This document shows, piece by piece, positions 10,201 through 18,314 of a stretch of 32,000 bases of DNA. Under the pieces are notes generated by a model. That model made no database searches, was not told the origin of the DNA, and was given only the letters and a program-made list of their open reading frames with translations. Source of the stretch: Candidatus Harpocratesius repetitus (GTDB lineage Archaea; Asgardarchaeota; Lokiarchaeia; Sigyniarchaeales; Promethearchaeaceae); NCBI GenBank assembly GCA_021498095.1, contig JAIZWK010000001.1:1350001-1382000 (forward strand), read 5' to 3'. Every line of letters starts with the position of its first letter. The stretch's first letter is position 1. The translations under genes and the position numbers were made by a program.

Positions 10201-10680
10201 TTCAGGTATTTCTTCTTCTTTCTTTTTTATTTCATCATCAATTATTATTTCTTCGTCTTGTTCACGATCTTCTTGGATTAGTGCAATGGAACCATCTTCT
10301 AATAAAGAGTATCCTTCATCATCAACCATTTCTGAATTTAATTTTTCTTCTAATTTCTGTAAATCTTCTTCACTTACTCCACCTCTTAAAAATGATAAAT
10401 TTTGAAGTAACAAATCATCTTTAAGTTTAAAGGTATATTCTGGATGGCGTTTTGATTCTTTCCAATAAAAGGATTCTACTGCATCTAGACTGTTGTCTAA
10501 AAATTCAATGCAATATTGAGTATGTTTATTAAGTCCAAAATCAAAACCAACTAATTGAGTCCTTTTTCTGAAGAATTCAGCCACAGATCCCTGGCGAATT
10601 GTCTCAATAGGTGCTTCTTTAGTTGATGTTTTTTTATGAGAAGTGTCAGATTTTTTTGAGGTTGAAGATTTTCGTGCCAT
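7216..10680 (-). CDS. top6B: DNA topoisomerase VI subunit B, greatly expanded (1154 aa)
   Basis: SVAEFF...LVGF N-arm, GHKL motifs EFLDNSLDA, DNGTG, QTRGSQGFG, HGT; PHP plus H2TH; transducer motifs TRPP...FVVEAG, RYVNRTP, FKSQSK. Lies 15 nt upstream of top6A. Confidence 0.95.
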   Translation of the reverse strand: MARKSSTSKKSDTSHKKTSTKEAPIETIRQGSVAEFFRKRTQLVGFDFGLNKHTQYCIEFLDNSLDAVESFYWKESKRHPEYTFKLKDDLLLQNLSFLRGGVSEEDLQKLEEKLNSEMVDDEGYSLLEDGSIALIQEDREQDEEIIIDDEIKKKEEEIPEDDEEAKKLRFLQKKDEERAQEVQNIMEGIKNFIFPIQVLVEREPFVIIQLTEKEAQEVFADSSKTKKEVFEYDFEIFDNGTGMAPIDLEKFGKYLASSKSQKLRQTRGSQGFGSPSAFSDAQNTTGKPITVVSKDINHIYGICSQFYTTSKNNKEYVVPPTEIECPFEHGTYIRLHYINVKYRKGFIDSYIQMTALTNPHITIIFLDPYGNEEIYPRRVSRFPREPTYALPHPSSVNIGDFQDLLRTSNKLTLSAFLQDNFVRLSSGLAKDILFNAEIELERELNLLNLSHGIITWAHNELEKIYFARKEKRIFGRAKKPREKWVIYHIDNQDNLTQYWEIVKSYNKIKDSIKQRNRQIKKIAKKISTLSIKKEISAQKKKISTLEKEITSDLKQLGKMKKTLSNVVKNFVLGESNEVTDVSITDKIEEGVKELLISNARPNSLTQKQTEALFKSFKAQKYMSPPSDPAVPIGASVLETTLIKEFNLNPAFRTDLFHDLEKTIISLSENEAQNFSYRILYKFLQPLYFSNEISYKDLLLEDINAEIEEYRNLFQKFDVLHNIEEDFIYGHTRPPTSGKGLAFVVEAGIAISPKIPQAKTAQQVLMRYVNRTPKMRDNSDCAIWKGCQMVNWKNYKLDTFDNGIPKGSIRILVNVSGPYVHLMFKSQSKNALAEDEVLLKEIKYCLETIGRKIRNYQNRKQKRENRRKRSKVIEKYIPIFVTSLVNIVQNIDSENAPTREELEVQIQRRLEGKLEVPEQLEEKKEEFIGPSAEEIKAELIKHRKQQKPIELQSNNEFQEEKGINKIKVNESHLKSTEADIVSNKKAVNHKSSLTSAPKSVQKVDEIIEQWKSKSNKKKSSKKVIKLKDQISQSESEIRTTKKKISIKKTQKITSKSKISEKKQRMLPQSMKVNEASLPKKLIKPKSKIRVITTDLILQTMKNHKWLNIKDLIKLLDIKDVKDARYLQLKLKQLTREKKLLLTIQGGRTFWKLNPN

Positions 10681-10932
10681 TCTGATTCAAAATTCCTTTA
10701 TTGAGAATAATTCTTCCATTTAATCATCCTATCCATACTCGACAAAATTGAAAGAATTTCTAACTAATTTTTCAAATCCGATCTATCTAACGATCTTAAT
10801 AAGGATTTGCATTTAAGCCCAATAAAAAAAATTTCTGATTTTTTCATCTTTTTTAGGAATAATTATGCACCTTAGTATTATATGATGGTATATTCTAAAC
10901 TTTTAATTACTTGCTTATATGTTTTCTTTATT

Positions 10933-12231
10933 ATGAATAATAACTGGCAATCTCAAACTCATCCTACAAAAGATATTCAAGGAATTACGAGTTCAAAACT
11001 ATATGGAAAGAAATTCTGCATTTGCTTAACTGGAAGTGTAGCTGTCATCAATGCACCAACACTAGCTAGGGAATTAATGCGACATGGTGCAGAAGTATTC
11101 ACAGTAATGACTAAAGAAGCTACTGATTTACTTCAAGCAGAATTAATGGAATGGGCAACTGGCAATCCAGTGATATTGGACATAACAGGGCAAATAGAAC
11201 ATATTTCAATGGCAGGAGAAAGGGAAAACAGTAAAGGTTTTGCCGATATGATCATTATTTATCCTGCAACAGCAAATACAATTGGAAAAATGGCTAATGG
11301 CATTTCAGATACTGCAGTTACAGCTATAACTACCGTAGCTTTGGGAAGTAAAACACCCATGATTGTTGTTCCTGCAATGCATGATTCTATGTATAAAAAT
11401 CCAATTGTTAAGGAAAATATTGAAAAATTGCGTTCCTTAGGAGTACGGATTGTAAATCCTAGAATGGAGGAAAATAAAGCAAAAATTGCTACTGCTGAAG
11501 ATGTATTGTTGTCTGTATTTGACTTTATTGATTTAAAAACAATTGAACAGGATTTTCAGAATAGAAAAGTATTGGTAACAGCTGGAACAACTCGAGAATG
11601 GATTGATCAAGTTCGATTTTTATCTAATCCTGCATCTGGTCGGATGGGAATTGCTATTGCTGAAGCGTTAATTGATAGAGGTGCCAATGTTGTTCTATTT
11701 TTAGGACCTTCTTCACTTAAACCATCTCCACATCCAAAACTTATTGTAAAACATCCTATATCAACACAAGATTTTGTTGATTTTGCTTCTGAAGAGTTGA
11801 AGAATGGGGATTATGATATTTTAATTTCTGCAGCTGCATTAGCAGATTTCACCCCTAAACAGATTTATAATGGAAAAATCACATCCGATTTAGAAGAACT
11901 GCAGATTAATTTAGTATCAACTCCTAAACTTATTAAGGTTGCACGTAATATTGCTCCTAAATTGTTTATTGTTGGATTTAAAGCAGAATCTCTGCTGCAG
12001 CAAGAAAAAATAATCGAAAACGCTTATAAACGATTAAAAAGTTCAAATCTTAATCTTATTGTTGCTAATTCTGTTCATCCTGAAGCAACTGATCGGGGTT
12101 TTAATGCAATAAGTAATGAAGTTTTCGTTATAAATTCTAAAAAAGAAATAAAACACTTTAAATTAGCATCAAAATTGGAAATTGCTCATCATATTCTGGA
12201 TTGTGTAAATGGCGAAATAAGTAATTCTTAA
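10933..12231 (+). CDS. coaBC: Bifunctional phosphopantothenoylcysteine decarboxylase / phosphopantothenate--cysteine ligase
   Basis: CLTGSVA, PATANTIGK, PAMHDSM, VLVTAGTTREWIDQVRFLSNPASGRMG, AAALADF, VGFKAE, IVAN. The ATG at 10933 is preferred over 10882 because the first 17 codons there are AT-rich and intergenic-like. Confidence 0.95.
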   Translation: MNNNWQSQTHPTKDIQGITSSKLYGKKFCICLTGSVAVINAPTLARELMRHGAEVFTVMTKEATDLLQAELMEWATGNPVILDITGQIEHISMAGERENSKGFADMIIIYPATANTIGKMANGISDTAVTAITTVALGSKTPMIVVPAMHDSMYKNPIVKENIEKLRSLGVRIVNPRMEENKAKIATAEDVLLSVFDFIDLKTIEQDFQNRKVLVTAGTTREWIDQVRFLSNPASGRMGIAIAEALIDRGANVVLFLGPSSLKPSPHPKLIVKHPISTQDFVDFASEELKNGDYDILISAAALADFTPKQIYNGKITSDLEELQINLVSTPKLIKVARNIAPKLFIVGFKAESLLQQEKIIENAYKRLKSSNLNLIVANSVHPEATDRGFNAISNEVFVINSKKEIKHFKLASKLEIAHHILDCVNGEISNS

Positions 12232-12354
12232 AATCTTAATCAAAATATTTATCTGTAAAATTCGATTTTTTCTTGAATTTTTTATTTTCATTAATTTTCC
12301 ACAAAAGTTATAAAAGTCAACGACAAAAGTATATATTGAAGGGGTGGGGTTTTT

Positions 12355-12825
12355 TTGTCTTTTTTAGAAATAACTTACAATGATTTTTATCTTAATCGAA
12401 ATAAAGAAATTCGTATTATTAGTTGTGAACAAATTTGTGGAAAACAAATTAGGATTAATTTTGGAGAAGATTCCGTCAAGAGTAAAATGGAAGATATTCA
12501 CAGTAAAGATCCTCACAGATATAAAATAAATAAAGGGAAAAATGTATTTAAAGTTCAAAGTTCAAATTTTACCGATATTACGACAACTTCAAATGGTACT
12601 TCACCATGGTTTTTAGTTCGTGCACATAAATCTAATCGCAAACAAATTAATTTTCTTTTTTTAAATCAAGTTCTTTGGGGTCTGGAAATTTCTAGTGGAC
12701 TACGGATGAAAAAAAGTTGTGAAACGTATGGACCTGATAAAATAGCGGAGTATCTTTTAAAAAAGGTGAATTCTATTTTTACAGAACCTGAAAAATGGCA
12801 CCAAATTGAATTTTATTGTCGTTAA
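12355..12825 (+). CDS. Hypothetical protein (156 aa)
   Basis: Long ORF filling a gap between same-strand genes; TTG start preceded by a G-rich run (GAAGGGGTGGGG). No recognisable motif; start uncertain. Confidence 0.55.
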   Translation: MSFLEITYNDFYLNRNKEIRIISCEQICGKQIRINFGEDSVKSKMEDIHSKDPHRYKINKGKNVFKVQSSNFTDITTTSNGTSPWFLVRAHKSNRKQINFLFLNQVLWGLEISSGLRMKKSCETYGPDKIAEYLLKKVNSIFTEPEKWHQIEFYCR

Positions 12826-12955
12826 TTTAATTTTTATTCCTTTTTGATAATTTTAATTCATCCTTATTTTTATTATTGAATTTTAACTTACAATAAATGT
12901 TGTCGATTAATAGAATTAATTAAAAATATTGCTGAGAATCTTTTCTTATCATTAA

Positions 12956-14500
12956 TTGGTGATATTTATTCCTCTCAAAGAATTGTTGACGGCAATTGAA
13001 AGACTTAAAGTCTTTTTTCTGGAAAAAATAGGGCAATCTCAAGAAAAGGATTTAATAACTAAAGATTTACAAACGAGTACGCAAGATTCTGTTCCAAATA
13101 ACGATGTATCTTCAAAGCAGAGTGGATATTCTCCTAAAATTTTTAAAAAAAGCATCCATATATATAGCCATTTAGATGCAGATGGGCTTTGTAGTGCAGC
13201 AATAATTGCAAGAATGTTGGAAAGGAAAGGAATTGGATTTCAAATTACCATATTGCGTCAACTAGAATTGCAATACATTCAAAATATCGCTGAAGAGCAA
13301 CAAAAATATAATCGATTTATTATTTTTTCAGATTTTGGTTCAGGACAAATAGAATTTATTGAAAAGTATTTTCAATCTGATGATTATATAATATTAGATC
13401 ATCATAAACCTGAATTTGAATCAAAAAAGCCTGAAATTAACCATGTTAATCCCTATTATTATGGAATTCGCGGAGATGATGAAATTTCAGGGGCAGGTGT
13501 GTGTTATCTGTTTGCAAAAGTAATGGATTCGAGAAACCAAGATTTAGCATATATCGGAATTATTGGAGCAATTGGAGATATGCAAAATAATGCTGAAAAA
13601 GGAGAATTTCACGGTGTTAATAAAGTAATATTAGAAGATGCATTGGCTACTAATCAAATAACAGTGGAATTTAATTTAGCAATTTCTCGAACAAAAACAT
13701 TGGCATATGCTATAGCTTATACACTTCCAATAGTTTTACCAAAATTAACAGATAGTTTATCGAATGTTGAATTATTTCTAAAAAAAAATCAAATTAGATC
13801 AACTGATGAATTAGGAAATCCCAGAACTTTTCTCGATCTTTCTAATTTAGAGCGTAAAACGCTGTTAAATGCATTGATCAAATTTGCTTTGGTTGAATGT
13901 GGTATGAATCCAAAAAAAAGCAAAGAATTACTTCAAAATATCTATATATTAAATGATTTTAATGAAAAATACAAAATCTCTGATGCAAGAGAAATGTCAA
14001 GTTTGCTAAATGCTTGTGGAAGAGGTGGTAACAGTTCGTTCGGAATAGCTGCTTTATTAGGAGATGAAGATTCTCTTAAAAAAGCTATTGAATTTAGTAA
14101 ATCATATAAACATGAAATTTTTCTAGGGGTTAACCGTGCGCGTGAAAATATTCGAGAATATGAATTTATTAGAACAGTATATGAACAATCAATAAACGAA
14201 AAAACAATTGGCACGATATGTTCTATATTACTGCATTCAGGTGATTTAATCGATAAACCACTTATTGCCTTTGCAGATTCTGATAATCACACTATGAAAG
14301 TTTCTGCCCGTGCAGATAAAAATTTAATTGAACAAGGGATTGATCTTGGAATAATAATGCGTAAAGCTTGCCAAAAAATAGGAATTGAAGATCCCGCTGG
14401 TGGGCACCCTCCTGCTGCTGGTGCTAAAATACCAACAAAAAAATTGGGTGATTTCATAGCAATAGTAAATGATCTCACAGGTACTCAAATGAAAAAATAA
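12956..14500 (+). CDS. DHH-family phosphoesterase, archaeal RecJ/Cdc45-like (GAN-type) with DHHA1 domain
   Basis: Motif I SHLDADG, motif II FSDFGSG, motif III LDHH, motif IV GAIGD, DHHA1 AGGHPPAAGA. The start position is uncertain. Confidence 0.88.
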   Translation: MVIFIPLKELLTAIERLKVFFLEKIGQSQEKDLITKDLQTSTQDSVPNNDVSSKQSGYSPKIFKKSIHIYSHLDADGLCSAAIIARMLERKGIGFQITILRQLELQYIQNIAEEQQKYNRFIIFSDFGSGQIEFIEKYFQSDDYIILDHHKPEFESKKPEINHVNPYYYGIRGDDEISGAGVCYLFAKVMDSRNQDLAYIGIIGAIGDMQNNAEKGEFHGVNKVILEDALATNQITVEFNLAISRTKTLAYAIAYTLPIVLPKLTDSLSNVELFLKKNQIRSTDELGNPRTFLDLSNLERKTLLNALIKFALVECGMNPKKSKELLQNIYILNDFNEKYKISDAREMSSLLNACGRGGNSSFGIAALLGDEDSLKKAIEFSKSYKHEIFLGVNRARENIREYEFIRTVYEQSINEKTIGTICSILLHSGDLIDKPLIAFADSDNHTMKVSARADKNLIEQGIDLGIIMRKACQKIGIEDPAGGHPPAAGAKIPTKKLGDFIAIVNDLTGTQMKK

Positions 14501-14532
14501 AAATATTCGATTGTTTTTCTTTAGTAATTTTC

Positions 14533-15639
14533 TTAAAGACGTATTAATTCTGCTTCAAATTGGAGAACATCTTCAATTTTTACCGATTTTTCAATCCTTA
14601 TTTCTTTTTTAAGCCCATAGTATGCGCATGCCAATCGTGCTGCAGCAATTATTTCGGCTTTTTGTAACGGTTCAGAATCAGGGGATGCCCCAGTAAGTTC
14701 ATATCTTTGATTTTTAACGCGATCTAACAGTTCAGCTATACGAATGACTATTTTGAAGTTTAATTGGTTAAGAATTGCCACTCGGGTTATATTATTGACA
14801 TCAAAAAAGCCAAGTGATTCAAATTTTGATGATAAGTATCCCTTCAAATTCATTGAGTTTTTCTCGCATTCTATTTCAAGCCAATCGTCAATACTTAAAT
14901 CCCGACGAATGAATACCATTTCCCAATCAATTCCAATAGCTTTTAAAAAGTTTAACAAATCATCATTAATTGATTCGGCTTTAATGATTGTATAGAGTTG
15001 AATGGCTGCATATTTCATATTCCTTTGCATAAACAAACCACGTTGTTGCAAATTGTTAATCAGTTTAAACTCAATCGACGAAATTCCAAGTGATGGCTCT
15101 CGAATTTTAGCTTCTAATAAAATGATGTTACCTCGTTCGTGATCAAATATTCTATCGCAAACACCTATTACACTATCATTTGCTGCTATAAAATCTAATA
15201 GTCCACCCATTGTAGGTTCAACATCCATAGAATATAGGTCGGATTCGTCAATTGTTACATAATCTCCTTCACCGGAACCAACAGCAATTCGGACTGATAG
15301 CAGAGAAATTTCGCGATTGTCTCCAAATGTGGTTTGAACAGCAAAATTTAATGGTTCAATTTCCTTCTCTATGATTTTTATATCTGCTAATAAAGATTCA
15401 AAAGGATCAGGGTTTTTTAAGTACTGATTTATTACAGGTGCTTCAGAAGCATTGACTGTTAGATCATATTCACTTAAGTCTTTTTTAATAATTAAATACA
15501 ATCCTCCTTCGCGTTTATAATAAGTTAAACTAGTGTTTTTGTCAATTGATGCATGGAATTTGGTAGAACCTTTCTTTCCCGTCCTTTTACTAATTGTTTT
15601 TTTCCATAGACGCGATTCATTTGAGGATCGTCTGCTCAT
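14533..15639 (-). CDS. Hypothetical protein (368 aa), basic N-terminal tail
   Basis: Long ORF with globular composition, divergent from SepSecS; no motif recognised. Confidence 0.7.
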   Translation of the reverse strand: MSRRSSNESRLWKKTISKRTGKKGSTKFHASIDKNTSLTYYKREGGLYLIIKKDLSEYDLTVNASEAPVINQYLKNPDPFESLLADIKIIEKEIEPLNFAVQTTFGDNREISLLSVRIAVGSGEGDYVTIDESDLYSMDVEPTMGGLLDFIAANDSVIGVCDRIFDHERGNIILLEAKIREPSLGISSIEFKLINNLQQRGLFMQRNMKYAAIQLYTIIKAESINDDLLNFLKAIGIDWEMVFIRRDLSIDDWLEIECEKNSMNLKGYLSSKFESLGFFDVNNITRVAILNQLNFKIVIRIAELLDRVKNQRYELTGASPDSEPLQKAEIIAAARLACAYYGLKKEIRIEKSVKIEDVLQFEAELIRL

Positions 15640-15768
15640 ATATATATAAAATTAAGGTTAGTTTAAATTAATATCCATAAAGAAATCAAAGAAGTATCGA
15701 AAAAAAATGAATAGAAGATAGAAATAAAATTAAAAAGTGATTAAGATGCTTGTGTATTGAAGAAAAAT

Positions 15769-17157
15769 ATGTGGGATAAAAAATTTTTGCAGCTTTTTTC
15801 TCATCTTGGTGTACCAGATCATATGCTAAAGCGCTCTTTTACTGGATTTTCTGCGCATTGGAATAAAATAAAAGAACTATTGAATCATCGTGTTTTACCA
15901 GAAAATGGTTGGGATGATGAATTGATCCGACATTTATTATTACTTTTGAACTACTTAGATTCTGATAAAGATCCATTTGCTATAAGAATTGGGGAAAGAG
16001 AAGGACGCGTGTCAACGCCCTTATTAAGAGAATTAAGTGGTGATTTTTGCCATGGGGTAGGTCGTAGTGGTAATCTCACAGCAGCACAACCAAAGGCTGC
16101 AGGTGCCTCTTTAATGCAAAATTTGACTAACAAATTAGTTCTTTCTCTTATCCAAGATGTAGGTATGTCAAATGCAAAATCTGCTTTAACCGTTCCTATG
16201 GGAACAGGTATGAGCATCGGTCTTGCTTTGAAAGGTTGTTTAGACTATTACAACATTAGTATTCATCAAAAACCATTTGTCTTGATGACACAAATTGATC
16301 ATAAATCACCAAAAAAGGGCATTGAATTCATTGGGGCAAAAGTACTTACCATTTCTGGAAAATTTGGAAAAAATCATTGGGCACATGAAGGTGTATATGT
16401 AGGTCAAGATGATATTGAACGACTTTTTTCTTCTCAACCAGATAAGATCGCCGCTATTGTTAGCAATTGTGCCTTTTTTGCCCCGAGAGTACCTGATAAT
16501 CTCAAAAGTATTGCAAAATTTGCTCAAAAACATAATTTAATTCATATTATTAATGATGCATATGGTATTCAATCTCCGCGTCTTGTTTCTTTAATTCGTA
16601 GTGCAATAGATGCTGGTAAAGTAGATGCAGTAATTCAAAGTACAGATAAATGTTTTTTAACTCCTGTAGGTGGTGCAGTTATTATATCACCAAATGCATC
16701 TATTATTCAATCAATTAGCAATTCCTATGCAGGTCGTGCGTCTGCTGCTCCAATTCTTCATCTTTTAGTATCTTTACTCAGCATGGGAAAGAATGGATAT
16801 AAAAAAAGGATTGCATCTCGACAAAAAGCACGTGAATTACTTGAATCTCAAATGCAAGAACTTGCTGGAAAATATAACGAACGAATTTTTCAATGTTCTA
16901 ATCCTGTTTCTTGTGCAATGACTTTAGAGAATCTTTCGATAGAAAAGATCTCTCAATTAGGCGGATATCTTTATAATCTGCGAGTTACTGGGCCTAGGGT
17001 CATCAATGTACATAAAAATGAATTTGGCTCATGTACTACTAAAGATCAACTTCCAATTTCATATTTGGTTATGAATGCAGCTATAGGTGTGGAAGAAATC
17101 CATATCAAAGAGGCAATTAACCGTCTCCAAAAAGCTTTCCATCAATTATGTAAATGA
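15769..17157 (+). CDS. spcS: O-phosphoseryl-tRNA(Sec) selenium transferase (SepSecS)
   Basis: LPENGWDD, IGEREGRV, HGVGRSGNLTAAQPKAAG, HIINDAYG, QSTDKCFLTPVGG (PLP Lys), YAGRAS. ATG at 15769, with an alternative TTG at 15757. Confidence 0.95.
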   Translation: MWDKKFLQLFSHLGVPDHMLKRSFTGFSAHWNKIKELLNHRVLPENGWDDELIRHLLLLLNYLDSDKDPFAIRIGEREGRVSTPLLRELSGDFCHGVGRSGNLTAAQPKAAGASLMQNLTNKLVLSLIQDVGMSNAKSALTVPMGTGMSIGLALKGCLDYYNISIHQKPFVLMTQIDHKSPKKGIEFIGAKVLTISGKFGKNHWAHEGVYVGQDDIERLFSSQPDKIAAIVSNCAFFAPRVPDNLKSIAKFAQKHNLIHIINDAYGIQSPRLVSLIRSAIDAGKVDAVIQSTDKCFLTPVGGAVIISPNASIIQSISNSYAGRASAAPILHLLVSLLSMGKNGYKKRIASRQKARELLESQMQELAGKYNERIFQCSNPVSCAMTLENLSIEKISQLGGYLYNLRVTGPRVINVHKNEFGSCTTKDQLPISYLVMNAAIGVEEIHIKEAINRLQKAFHQLCK

Positions 17158-17255
17158 AATTGATCAATATAATAAAAAAACAATGCCAAATCTAAAATTT
17201 TTTATTATTGATTAACAATAATTGAGTATAAGAAAGAGTTATTGGAGAGAATCAC

Positions 17256-17963
17256 ATGGGATTATTGCAAGAATTCATGAAAATAAACAAGATATGGCCT
17301 TCAAAATCACTAAAATTGCCCTATTCTAGTCTTTCGAAATTAGAGATGTTTGAGTTGGGTTATTTTGCTACAAGTGAAGTGCCCCATCGTTGTTTTTCAA
17401 TTAAACTTAATCCAGGAAATGATCATTTGAAAGATGTCGCCTTGTTGTATAATAGCGCTTCAAAGCAATTTGTCAGCCTCCTGAATCATGAAGAAGGATT
17501 AGTTATTACTCTTTTCGAAAGTTCTAAAGAAAATTTGGATGCTCATCTTTCTACCATCGAAGAAAAAATAAAACGCTATATCGCACAATTAATAGAAAAA
17601 CCTGATGATATACGGGATCAAATAATCAAGTGTATTCTTGTAGAACGAAAATTAGATGAGGCTATGCATTTATCTCTATCTAACGAAGTAAGTCGTCGAG
17701 TTTATTTTGCTATTGGTGAATGTCGTGAACGAGCTGCTCTTATTCCAATTTTCCAAAATTCAAAAGGTGCTGATTTAGTTCAGCTAGCTTTGCATAAATG
17801 GATGGATACCGCATTGAATTTGCCTCAAGATACTACTTTTCCTTCTGAAAAAACTAAAGGATTAGTTAAAAATTTCCTCCAAATTAAAAAATGGTTAATT
17901 GAATTAATTTCTAATCAACTTGCTGGAATATCGACACTAAAAGAAGAGAATACTATTGAATAA
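17256..17963 (+). CDS. Hypothetical protein (235 aa), mostly helical C-half
   Basis: ATG preceded by GGAGAG; protein-like composition; no motif recognised. Confidence 0.75.
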   Translation: MGLLQEFMKINKIWPSKSLKLPYSSLSKLEMFELGYFATSEVPHRCFSIKLNPGNDHLKDVALLYNSASKQFVSLLNHEEGLVITLFESSKENLDAHLSTIEEKIKRYIAQLIEKPDDIRDQIIKCILVERKLDEAMHLSLSNEVSRRVYFAIGECRERAALIPIFQNSKGADLVQLALHKWMDTALNLPQDTTFPSEKTKGLVKNFLQIKKWLIELISNQLAGISTLKEENTIE

Positions 17964-17993
17964 TTAAATAATTATATTCATTTTTGATTTTTT

Positions 17994-18254
17994 ATGAATA
18001 TTCGTGAAATATTACTTCGCTTTCTTTGGGATCCAAAATTTCAATCAGAAATTTCCTTCATCAGTGTATTATATGAGAGTAGAGGATTTAAAAACGAGCG
18101 TGAATTTGTTTTATTTAGTGAAATTTCGAAAATTGGGAAAAAGTTTATCTGGATAAAACATGTTGGGAAAATTGAAGAAAAATTAATTCCAATCCACCGA
18201 ATTCGGAAAATAATTAATATTTCAACCAATAAAGTATATTTTTCTCATGAATAA
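17994..18254 (+). CDS. DUF504 / MJ1316-like small protein (predicted RNA-end recognition domain)
   Basis: IREILLRFLWDP N-terminus, YESRG and IPIHRIRKI C-terminus match my recollection of the DUF504 pattern; 86 aa is typical. Confidence 0.72.
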   Translation: MNIREILLRFLWDPKFQSEISFISVLYESRGFKNEREFVLFSEISKIGKKFIWIKHVGKIEEKLIPIHRIRKIINISTNKVYFSHE

Positions 18255-18314
18255 TTCAATCGATTTTTTCAAAAACTCTTTTTAAAATGTTGAATTCTTC
18301 TATTTAAGAGTATA

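Noticed and set aside
8511-10470. Top6B insertions as inteins or introns
   Set aside because: No Cys/Ser start with His-Asn end and no LAGLIDADG motif at the insert boundaries; the frame is continuous and the inserts look helical or low-complexity.
10882-10932. Track start of coaBC at 10882
   Set aside because: It adds 17 hydrophobic, AT-rich codons unlike CoaBC N-termini; the ATG at 10933 is more plausible.
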